Source of the DNA: Chlorokybus atmophyticus
Taxonomy: Eukaryota; Plantae; Mesostigma and Chlorokybus algae
Assembly: GCA_009103225.1 (NCBI GenBank)
Contig: RHPI01003369.1
Location: 503,500-567,499 of the forward strand
Length of the DNA: 64,000 nucleotides
Reading direction: 5' to 3'
A program made the translations under genes and the position numbers. A model generated the notes under the pieces. The model was not told the DNA's origin and did no database searches. It was given only the letters and a program-made list of their open reading frames with translations. This document shows positions 1 through 9,951 of the stretch, piece by piece. Within the stretch, counting starts at the first letter, position 1; every line of letters starts with the position of its first letter.

Positions 1-126
1 AGCCGTCCATGCTTGTGGCCTTGGTTGCCCCTCTGCTACTTGCAGACCTTACAACCTACTCCACACCAAGCAACTACAGCTACTCACACAATCGTAACAC
101 ACTCCATCAACCTACACAAGCATGTG

Positions 127-139
127 TGGGCCCATAACC
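127..139 (-). promoter_or_regulatory. Primer-binding site GGTTATGGGCCCA (internal/half tRNA-iMet type)
   Basis: Directly abuts the LTR end TCAACA. Matches the PBS sequence recalled for Drosophila copia and Volvox Osser (GGTTATGGGCCCAG). Confidence 0.8.
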
Positions 140-557
140 TGTTGACATACACACGTGCAAGTGACACGCCAACAACATCAACACAAGAGCATGACTGCTA
201 CTGCCATTAATGCCATACAAGTCCAGGGGCTTTATACCCCGCCAGTTTCTACACACATCTACATTTGCAAGCACCGCGTGCACAATACTTGGTCTTTCAG
301 CGCGCTCTAAGTTGCGCTTTTTAGCTCACAATCAGAGCTTTTCAACAAGCTAAGCCACGCCTGCTACGCTTACGTATCCACAAAGCTACGCGGTTTCTCC
401 CAACGCTCTACTCAGCATCTGGTCCGGAGTCCGTCCTGGCTCGACCGTCTTGCTAAGTCCGGAGTCCACGTGCTCAGCCCTTACCTTTTTACTCTCGACT
501 CCTGTGTGGAGGGCAAGCTGACCGGATACAAGTATCACCCGTGTGATACCTTCAACA
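140..557 (-). mobile_element. 5' LTR of a Ty1/copia (hemivirus/Osser-like) element whose body runs off the left edge of the window
   Basis: Minus strand reads TGTTGAAGG...GTCAACA (TG...CA inverted ends), has a TATAAA box (+231-236) and is followed immediately by the PBS GGTTATGGGCCCA. Homologous to the LTRs at 574-998, 5820-6266, 7185-7636 and 9952-10463. Confidence 0.85.
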
Positions 558-573
558 TCGACGGGGGTGAGCG

Positions 574-998
574 TGTTGAAGGACTAGCATGCACATGTAG
601 CTGAGGCAAGCATAGACACACAGAGACAGAGCTACCGCCACCAGAGCATACACAAGTCACATCACATTCATCTATTACAAGTTGTCCGCTGGTTTTTATA
701 CCAACCAATTACACACACGTCTACGTTTGCAAGCACTGCGTAAGCTATACTTAGCCTTTTGACGCGCTCTAAGCTGCGTTGTCTTTCTTACAACTAGAGC
801 TTTCCAGCAAGCTCTTACACGCCTAATATAAGTAGGTATACGCGGAGATACAAAGCATTTAGTAAGGCTCCAGTCTGGAATCCGGAGTCTAGTCCGACGA
901 CGCCATCTTGCTAAGTCCGGACCTAGTGCTCGTCCTTACGACCTTCTACTCCTGTGTGGAGGGTCGATGCTGATCGTATGTAGGAATGACTCTCAACA
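574..998 (-). mobile_element. Solo LTR (copia family) inserted at the RNase H/integrase junction of the gypsy element
   Basis: TGTTGA...TCAACA ends with perfect 5-bp TSD GAGCG (569-573 and 999-1003). Confidence 0.9.
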
Positions 999-1003
999 GA
1001 GCG

Positions 1004-1560
1004 CTGGCATCTCCTCTATTTCTGGCATTGTTGGGGCCGATCCTGTAATGGTGTCTCGTTCCGAACGTAATGCAGCTACGGCAAACATGGTGGCCACCTG
1101 TGGTGGTGGTGCCACTGGACCCAGCTCATGGCGGGCACCGCTGGCGTCGTTGGTGGAGAGGTGGGGGTTACGGCTGAGGCCGTCTGCGTCTTTTTTGACC
1201 AGGCCCGCCCGGTGTGTGATCTCAAAGTCGTATTCCTGTAGCAACAGGGCCCACCTGGCCAACTTGCCCGTAAGGTGCTGGTTGGTTATAAGCCAGCGCA
1301 GCGGTTGGTGGTCTGTGATCAGTGAGAACTGACTTCCGAACAGAAAAGGTCTAAAGAGGAAGATGGCCCATACTGCAGCAAGGCATTTGCCTTCATAACT
1401 GTTGTAGTTGGCCTAAGCGCTGTGGTTGCTGCGACTGGCGTAGGACACCACCCGTTCCCTCTTGTTATCGAGTCGAGATAAACTAATACAGCACTCATGC
1501 CGAGCTTGCTCCAGTCGGTGTGGAGAACAAAGGGCTTGGTGTAGTCTGGCCGCTGTAAAA
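1004..1560 (-). pseudogene. Ty3/gypsy RNase H domain (frameshifted, with stops)
   Basis: Hand translation: PILQRPDYTKPFVLHTDWS...VSYASRS...FSLITDHQPLRWL...KLARWALLLQEYDFEITHRAG...DADGLSR. Confidence 0.9.
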
Positions 1561-1584
1561 TGGGGGCTGATGTGAGCCTTTACT

Positions 1585-2358
1585 TCAGCTTTTCAACAGC
1601 CTATTGCTGGGCCTCCTTCCAGCTCCACTCTGTCTCTTCTTAAGAAGTTCGTTAAGGGGGCGCGCCACCTTGGCAAAGTCTTTACCGAACCTCCTGTGGT
1701 AGTTGGCGAGGCCAAGGAAGGCACGCAGTCGAGTCAGGTCTGTCGGGGCTGGGATAGATGCCAAAGCCTCCACCTTGGCCTGCTGAACGTACACGCCGTT
1801 GGGCACGATCATGTGGCCGAGGTAGGGGACCTTGTGGGTAAAGAAAGTGCACTTGTCGGGGTGCACAGTCATCCCTACTGCCTGAACTCTCCTTATCACC
1901 TCTTCGATGTGGAGGAGATGCTCCTCTGCCGTGTGGCTGAAGATTAGGATGTCGTCGATGTAGCACCGCGCGAAGGAGCATCCCTTAAACGCCTTGTCCA
2001 TCGCGCGCTTGAACTTTGCTGGCGCGTTCTTTAGCCCGAAAGGCATGACCTTCCAGTGGTAGAGCTGCCGGTTGCACCAAAATGCCGTCTTGTGCTTGTC
2101 TCTAGGCTTGATCTCGATCTGGTTGTACTCCTGCCGCATGTCCAGAATACTAAACACGGTGCACGAGCCGACGTCGTCAAAGATGCCCTTTGCGGTTTGC
2201 ATTGGGTACCGGTCCTGCTTGGTTTTGTTGTTGAGTGGGCAATAGTCCCCACGCATACGCCGTTCTGTCCGGTTGCCCTCCGAGTCCTTTTTGAGGGGCA
2301 TGACTGTGGCGGCGGCAAAGTCTGACGTGGACTCCTCGATGAGTCCCGCCTTCAGCAA
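1585..2358 (-). pseudogene. Ty3/gypsy reverse transcriptase
   Basis: ORF contains GLIEESTSDFAAATVMPLKKD, DRYPM, LDMRQEYNQI, MPFGLKNAPAKF, CYIDDILIFS and YLGH. Confidence 0.95.
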
Positions 2359-2749
2359 TGCTTTTCATCACTGCTCCACCAAGTCTTCCACCAACTTGGA
2401 CAGTTTGTACTGTCTTCTAAACATTGGCTCTTCATCGACGAGGTCGACGTCCATCTGGTACACTGAGTACTTGCCCGACGCCTTGACGTTAAAGCTGAAC
2501 TGAGCTCTCCACTTGTTGAGGAGAGCTTTCGACTGCTCCTTCACAGGCCCTGTAGCCAAGGGTCCCATGGCATGATCCCATGATGTGGCTGTTGCCTTCA
2601 CAGGGATATTTTCCACTGTGACTGCTGCCCGCTCCAGGGCGGTGTGGGCCACGACAGTATCGGAGCGATTGACCCACCCCCTAGACAGGTGTTTGAGATT
2701 TTTGAGAAACACCCGTCGGTTTTGGATGGCGAAGCACATTTCCAAGTAA

Positions 2750-3827
2750 CTAGACGCATCTATTTTGGTCCATGGCGCGACCTAGGAGTTGCCTCTGCTG
2801 AGCGTCAGTCAATGAGCAGCCTGTGATGCTCCTTGAGAAGAACCCCATGGCGCGTTTGCGCTCGCATGCGTTGGGTTCGTCCAGTCGGCCCGTGTTGCTG
2901 TCGAAGACCATGCCGTCCCCGCCATATCTGAAGGCATACGAGCCCGGGTATGAGACCAGTGTGGGGAGAGCTCGACGTGGTTCTCTAGGTTGATTGCTCC
3001 GATGGAATTGCGCGTGGTCGTGGCGAGAGACTGGTTGCAACGTTCTGCCAGCGTCGAGGATGTCATTCACCTACAGGTTCCAAGGATGCGAGATAAGGAG
3101 GTGCTCAGCGGCGGTCAGCTCTTCCACAGCGGCGGTTTGTCCATTTGGCACGGACGCGGTGTGTACGTGACCCATGGCGCACGAAGTTCATCTTGGACGG
3201 ATGGCCAAGGATAGAGCACACGACATGGTTGCTGTGCTGCACATGGTGGCGGCGATCATCCTCGGAGTGGACATTCTCGATGACATACGACAGAGGCTGT
3301 TGAATCTGGTGGTGCTGCGGCAGGTGCATAACTGGCAGCAGCTCCCAAATGGGTGTGGAGCGTGGATCGTTTAGCCCCTGTCCGGTGCCGGCCCTAGAGT
3401 GACCCTCGCACTCCCATCCAGCAATCAACAGATTCACATTGCCCAAGGCAATGAGATAATCAGCCGAGATGAGGCGGATGTCTTGCGATAGAGCCTTAAG
3501 ACTTCCACGCAATACAGACAACGGCAGGAGGTGTAGATAGCGCAAGTGCAATCGGCGTAAACAATGGCGAACAGCAGATCGACCATGCGGATCAAGGTCA
3601 CAGTAGTAATAATGTGTTACCTTGACACTGGTGTTGAGAAGAGCCGCCAAGCCGCTGCTGATCCCGCCGAATAGCTCCAGCAAGGTGACTCCTTGTTGGC
3701 GCCGCACCGCGCTGAAGTCCACGACTCCGATGGCCACGGTGAACCATTTCGCAACCGGGACATCTTCGTGGTAGTCTAGAAAGCGTGTAGGGAAAGGCTG
3801 TTTGTCCAGCAACACATGCGCATCCAC
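2750..3827 (-). pseudogene. Retrotransposon-encoded C5 cytosine DNA methyltransferase, DNMT3-like (frameshifted near 3105-3150)
   Basis: Motif I LLELFGGISSG; motif IV LIAGWECEGHS; motif VI YVIENV; motif VIII HRVRAKWTN; motif IX ERKRAMGF; motif X QRQLLGRAM. All lie in canonical order across ORFs 3105..3827 and 2750..3070. Confidence 0.88.
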
Positions 3828-4077
3828 CTCTGCTCTCTAGCGACGCTCTGCAGGGTCTTGCAAGGCCACCTCCTGGGTTGCTGTGTCCTGCGTGTCGGAG
3901 TATGGCATGGGTGACGTAGCGACACTTGTAGCGGTGGCCCCCATGAGTCGGCGTGCTCTTGTGGGCAAGCCCAGGTCGAGCGGGATGAACCCGATGGCGG
4001 AACCATCTTCGCTGCGCCAGCCGGGTTTGAACCATGCTTGCTTGGTCCAGTTGTCCATGCCAATGACTACGGGAAGC

Positions 4078-4345
4078 TGAAGTCCTGCCCGACCAGCAGG
4101 TCATAGCTAGTGACGTTGGTGACCACACACCGCTGAGCCGGTTGAGTGGTGTGAGTGGGGTCAAGCCCAGTCAGGACAATGAGGACTTCCCTGGTGATGC
4201 CAACGGGGCTTTCTGGTCCTCACGTGGCGGTGTCAATTCTAAAAGGGCAACTGTCCAGCGACGCTGCTGTGAGACCTAAGGCCTTAGCCAAGTGTCTGCC
4301 AATGATACATGGTTGTGCCCCTCAATCCAGCATGACGCGCTTGGG
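4078..4345 (-). pseudogene. Retropepsin-type aspartic protease
   Basis: RVMLD*GAQPCIIG: the D-S/T-G motif is broken by TGA at 4322-4324. C-terminal YDLLVGQDF flap motif present. Confidence 0.85.
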
Positions 4346-5819
4346 CGCACGTCCGTTAATCTGCACATGCTTGCCCTGTTTGGCAACCAGGACGGCGTTG
4401 ACGCTGAGCCGTGCGCGATCGTCCGGACGTCGGGAAACAGCATTTGCGGTGGGGTGTTGCTCCAGGGTGCTGAACCTCAAGGCTGCCATGGCTCCTCTTC
4501 CTGCAGCAAGAGCTGTGCCCTGTTTTTGTGCACTCCCTTGTTCTGTTTCACCCCCCTGCCCTGGCCCCTGTCCGGGTGGTGGATTGTGACGAGGAATTGG
4601 GTCAGTACCAGGAGCTGGTGGTGGTGGTGGTGGAGGACCGTGTTCCATTGCTGCCACTGCCTCCCTGTTGGTCCAGTAGAGTGCATGAGCGGCCTCACGC
4701 ACAAGTGTGCCCTCCCATGTGGCTGAGGGGTGATAACGTCAGTCGGCAAACTCCTCCACCCGAGGCATATGCGTGAGGTAGACGGCGCATACCAGCTGCG
4801 TTCTCAATGCGTAGCCAATGGTGGGTATTCCCAAGATGCTCCGCATGTACGTGTCCCACCGGCCTCCAGTAATCCCTACGTCGATCACTTTAATGGCTCG
4901 CCCTCTCAGGGTGTCGGATGAGTCCTGTTGTCGACACTGGTTGTCATAGGCCTGAGCGATGTGCCGAAGTTGCCGTGCTGCCTCGATGCCTGGTAGATGC
5001 ATGAGGGTGACCTCCATGGTGACTCTGTTGCGAATGCCATATTGACGCAACTGGTCCACCACTTGGTCGTAGGCTTGCCGTAAAGAGCGCATGAATGCAC
5101 TCATTCAATGCAGTCTTGATGGAAGCGCGAACAGTGGAACTGCAGGGTGGTGGTTGATCAACCATGTGAGTACTTGAGCCCGTTCTCCCGCGGTTTGCTG
5201 TAGTCGCAGCAACCCTCTGAGTGTGGCGCCTTCCGAGCCTTGTTGTTGCAACGTTCCCTGAATGGCTTCCTGCAGCAGGCGTGTGCGCAACCATTGCTCC
5301 TCGTGTGTTTGTTGACTAGAGAGATTCGGGTGGGCTCTTTGTTGAAGTAACCCTTCTTTGGTTGACGCTGAATTGCTGGTCAGGTGTTGGTCATGTTTAC
5401 AATGAGGGCAGCAATTTCCCCTTGAAATATCTCCTTAACGCCCTCGTTTGAGCGATCCTGATGCGCTCCCGGTCCCCGTCGGTGCAATGCTGCGGCCTGT
5501 TTACCCAAATAATGCCATATGCTTCAGCGCGGGTGTCGTTAATGACGACGCCAGGTGGTGCTTCGTTAATGTCCCGCTGGACATCTGCATGATGGTCCCA
5601 TTCGCGACGGCGAACCACCTGTTCTTGCTGTTTACAAAATTGGCGAGCCCAATCTAGTGAGTAGAAGCGGCGGCATTGCTCACGCCATGAGCATGTGGCC
5701 ATTGCAGGATCGTTGCCCAGCAGACGCGCAGCAAGTGCCCGAAACAGTTGAACCACCTGCGGGTCCTAGTCGAAGTGGTCCAGGTTGGACAGTTCTGGAA
5801 TGGATGGTTCGAGCAATGC

Positions 5820-6266
5820 TGTTGAAGATATTCCTACATCCAGGCGGACGGTCAGCTTGCCCTTTAATTAGGAATGGCCGCGAGAAGGCTCTAGGCGAGG
5901 ACTCAAGTCGAAAGTTCCAAGCGCGTGAAGGTTCCAGGCGCGGACTCAAGTCCAGAGTCTGGCGACTTCCAAGCCTGCACGAGAATCGTTATAACTCGAT
6001 GGTTACTGCACCGATTTGGGCGTTCTAAAGCTTAGTAGATAGCCCTTGAAAGTAGCTACAAGATGCTTCTTAAAACGCGTAATTCAAATAAGTGTAAGTG
6101 AGCAAACGTGGTGGCTTTTAGAGTAGATAGGTGTATTCCTGACGGGTATAAAACCCGCGGACATGATGGCAATAGATGGTCTTAGTTTTATTGTTGCAGC
6201 CTCTTGGCGTTGGTGTTGGGTGGCGTGCACACATGTGCATGTGTAGGTTTGTCAACGCATCTCAAT
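5820..6266 (+). mobile_element. Solo LTR (copia family), opposite orientation to the host gypsy element
   Basis: Starts TGTTGAAGATATTCC, ends ATCTCAAT(A), TATAAA at 6147. Flanking direct repeat AATGC (5815-5819 / 6267-6271). Removing it restores the host frame (HPALL-EPSIP). Confidence 0.9.
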
Positions 6267-6841
6267 AATGCCGGATGCTCCCGAGCCAACCGATTGCGGT
6301 TGTACAAAACCCAGAACATGGTGAGGGTCTCGTCAATGATGCGAAGGGTGCAGAAGTCGTGGCCCAGCTCCTGATGATGGAGAGGGACAATATCCACACC
6401 AGATAGCAGGGCCTCCTCGTCGATGCGCCACGTGAACTGGTCACCTCTAACGTGCGCCGGGGTGATTGGCATGCCAGCGGCTGTACGCGTTGGTCCTTGT
6501 CTAAGTGAAAACAGTGGCAGCCGGTGAAAACGCTGTGGTTGTTGCTGCTGTTGTTGCCGCTTGGTCAGCAACACCAGCTGTTCCACCTGTAGAGGATGGC
6601 CCGGCGGCCCCTCGGGTTCGCTGTAGTGGCTGTACGCGCGAGGCGGGGTGACTTCCTTACGATTCACTCCCAATGCTGCCCAACGTGCCATGTAGCATGC
6701 GCAATATTCATCCTCCCTGCCCTTTAGCATCGCTTGAAGCTCCTCCATCCATGTTGTGAGGGCAGCAACCACCTCTGTGTTTTCTACGACATGCGCCTTG
6801 CGGGCGGCGTTGCCTGCCTTGGGGCCACTGTAGTGGTTCTG

Positions 6842-8660
6842 TTATTGTTTCGGAGGGTTGTTCATCCCCCGATAGCCGTTGTTGGCTGGCTCCTTGCCCT
6901 TATTGCCGTTGTTGTTGTTGTTGTTGTTGTTGTTGTAGCTGCTGCCATCGTAGCTGCTTGAGGGTATCAACTCAGGGTGCTTGGCGTAGCAGGCTGCCTC
7001 CAAGTGTCCGGTCTTGTGGCAGTGGTCACACACCCGGTTCCCGTACTCCTCCATGCAGTTCTTCTGGTAGTGGCCGTGTCGACCACACCGATGGCAAACG
7101 ACGACAGGGGCAGATAGTGCAGCGTGAGCTGACTTCGCAGGAGATTTGGGTGTGCTGGTGGGATAAGACTTGCGGTCACGTCGGTGTTGAGATTCAGACA
7201 CTACTGATCATGCATGGAGTTGGTGGCAAGCACAAGCACACACACTCTACCAGAGCATACACACAAGGCTGATCCAAAAAGGCGTTCTAAGGATTATTAT
7301 AAAGTCACACCGCGGGCTTTTATACCCGCCAGTTCTGCACCTGTCTACTTTACAAGTCACCACGACTTCTACACGCAACCAATTCCTGCGCTCTAAATTG
7401 CACCACCTAGCTATTTTTAAGAGCTTTCCAACAAGCTATAACTCGCGCCATACAATGATGTAACCACCGAGCTACAATTTTTCTACTGCGCCTGGAAGTC
7501 TCCAGACTCCGGACTCGACTCCGCGCCTGGAACCTTATCGACTAAAGTCCTCGCCTGGACCTTTCTCGACTGGCACCTTCTCGCGCATGAATCTTCTCGC
7601 GGCTATTGCTGACCGGATACAAGAATATCCTCAACAGTTGTCTGGGGTCTTGAGCAGAGGCAGGAGCACGTGAGGGACCAGAGTTCATATCCAACACTGC
7701 TCTCATTCACCTGGTAGTTATGGATTGCCTGGGCTGTTTTAAAGGCTTGACGCAGCGAATACCCTTGTGATTGGGTACTGTTAAGAGCGTTGTCCACCGT
7801 CCTGTTCAGTGGAAGCTCTAGTTGGCAAACGAACACCACGGCGGCAACTTCATCGCTGAGGATCTTGTAGTTGGTGTCCTTCGGCAGCTTGATCATACGG
7901 GTGTATTTGCGCAGAGGATCCTCCCCTGCTTTGCGCCTGAAGTGACGCAATTCCTCCACCTTCTGGCTGGTCTGTGGTGGGAATGTGCACCGAAGCGCCA
8001 GATACAAGTTCTGCAAGCTTGAGGGTGACAACGTACGGTCCACCCTAAAGGTGAGGGCGGGCTTTCTCGCATGCTGACCGAGCCTGAAGACAGTGTATTG
8101 CCTGCAGCCGTGTCTCGGGTTCCCTGATTTCTTGTCCGGATTGGAGTATCAGATCCGGCGACGCGTTCGTGCTTGTGATTCCTCAAGCGCAGTTTGTTGC
8201 TCAGCCATTAACCTGAACACCAAAAGTTGCACCAAGGACCGGCATGCTTGTTGCGCTGCCGCCAACTCGCGGTCGACTAATGCGGGATTAACTGCTGGTA
8301 TATCTACTTCACTTGTCAATTGCACTGAGGCGAAAGCTTCTGTAAGGGTAGGGCCTTGCAGTGGGGCAGTTGGATTAATGGGCATGGCAGGGATGTCAGG
8401 ACTTGATGCCTCCATGGGCAGAGCTCTGGTGCCGGCCAGAACTCCATACCCTTAAATCTCATGCTGTGCAGAAACTGACCTATACACCTCATGTGCCTCG
8501 TGGTCTAAGCAAATTGCAGCCATGCGAAAAGACGTTACTCTGACCAGTTGGGAGTCTTGGTCGCGTGGTAGCTCATTCCTAAATCGAACTTGATGATCCA
8601 TTTGTCCAGTGGTGTTGTGCCAGGACATCCGAAAAAGGTGAGACCATGAGTGGAACCGGA
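6842..8660 (-). pseudogene. gag: capsid-like region and two CCHC zinc knuckles, split by a solo LTR
   Basis: LTFFGCPGTTPLDKWIIKFD (about 8580-8640); ELRHFRRKAGEDPLRKYTRM (7603..8043); CHRCGRHGHYQKNC and CDHCHKTGHLEAAC (6842..7201). Confidence 0.85.
7185..7636 (-). mobile_element. Solo LTR (copia family) in gag
   Basis: TGTTGAGGATATTCTTGTATCCGG...TCTCAACA. Imperfect 5-bp TSD GTCGG/GTTGT. Removal gives the continuous frame DPRQ-RDRKS. Confidence 0.82.
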
Positions 8661-9020
8661 TGCCTCCGTGTCGTTGCTGTCGAGCTGATTGATGAAGCTT
8701 CCACTTGATGACGAGACTGAGTATGTCTCGATCGGGTTATTGATGAAGACCGGGGGCTATCGCTGTTGTCGTCGCCCTCTTCTTCAAGAAGCCAGCAGCA
8801 GCTGCGACCACGGCGACATAATTGAAGGAACCAAACAAGACTGGCATAACCAAATTGGGATACAATGCACTGTCAATGCCATGCTAGGGTTCTTTTATCT
8901 TGCACATGCACAGCCTCAAGTATCTTGCACATGACATACACTGTCAATGCCACATGCACACCCTCATGCACAGCCTCTAGTGTCATGCACATGAACAGCA
9001 TGACCAATCTCGCAAATGCA

Positions 9021-9473
9021 CAGCCTATTTCTACTTGCGGGAGCTCACAAGTCGCAAAAGAGAAGCTGCGGAGTACCACGAACGGGTAATCCATGATCTA
9101 GTTTAATGTTTTCAGCGGCAATTAAGCAGTATGCTTGCAGATTGCCATGTTGGTCAGAGTGAACCAAGAGCAGCACGCCAGGCTGACTGTCCGCCTGGCG
9201 GAGTGCAACAAAGCGGAAGACGAGGTAAGCATGTGTATGCTGATGGGCTAGTCCTCTGGCAGCACGCCACTCTTACAGCATTATCAAATGCAGGTGGTCA
9301 CTCTCAAAGCGACCATCAAGCGCATGCGCGTGCACGGCGAGGTGCTGACATTCAAGCTGAAGGACGAAGTAGCCGCTGTATTGTCAACGAGCAAGGCAGA
9401 GGATTACTCCGATGTTGAAGCAGAAGACTTGTCGGAGGAGGAACAGGAGGAGGGGATTGAGGAGGAATTCTGA
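9021..9473 (+). other. Orphan spliced coding fragment (3 exons, acidic C-terminus), origin unknown
   Basis: GT-AG introns 9086-9140 and 9225-9293, both phase 0, join ...YFYLRELTSRKREAAEYHER/IAMLVRVNQEQHARL...AEDE/VVTLKATIKR...EEEQEEGIEEEF*. Confidence 0.45.
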
Positions 9474-9479
9474 GGTAGG

Positions 9480-9951
9480 CACCACGGGTTGACAAGCTGC
9501 GCATGAGTGCGACAGCTGGGTTCAATGTTGTAGGTAGTTTCATGCGCAAGTCGGCTGCTCAGTTGCAAGTGGACATACTCTGACCACTGCCGGTACATTG
9601 TATATGTTGCGGGCTTATAGTTGCAAGACCAAACAATTATGCCTTCGCAAGCTAAGGGCGGATCTGGAGCATCCCATGTATTGCATCACAATGAACTGTG
9701 ACAATTAAGGCGCCATGAAATTGCTGAAGCACCCTAGCGCTTTTTCACGCACGAAGCACATTGACGTCATGCATCATTTTGTGCGAGACAGAGTCACGAG
9801 AAAGGAGGTTACCTTCTCGTATTGCAAGACTGAAGACATGCTCGCGGACTTCATGACGAAGGCACTATCACAAGTGAAGTTTAAGGCATGCTGTGCTGGT
9901 CTTGGCATTTGTGTTTGAGTAGGAGCTTGGGTCAAGCTGCATGCGTGGGAG
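9480..9951 (+). pseudogene. Ty1/copia RNase H C-terminus and polypurine tract (5'-truncated element)
   Basis: LCLRKLRADL...ITMNCDN*GAMKLLKHP...RTKHIDVMHHFVRDRV...CKTEDMLADFMTKAL, then GCGTGGGAG immediately before the LTR. Confidence 0.9.

Larger units (their letters stand above)
558..8860 (-). mobile_element. Degenerate Ty3/gypsy LTR retrotransposon: gag - long extension - protease - C5 DNA methyltransferase - RT - RNase H; integrase displaced beyond the window by a copia insertion
   Basis: Domain order PR-RT-RH on one strand, RT YIDD motif, two CCHC knuckles. The reading frame can be rebuilt across stops, frameshifts and nested solo LTRs. Left boundary set by the copia insertion; right boundary approximate; own LTRs not identified. 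Confidence 0.9.
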
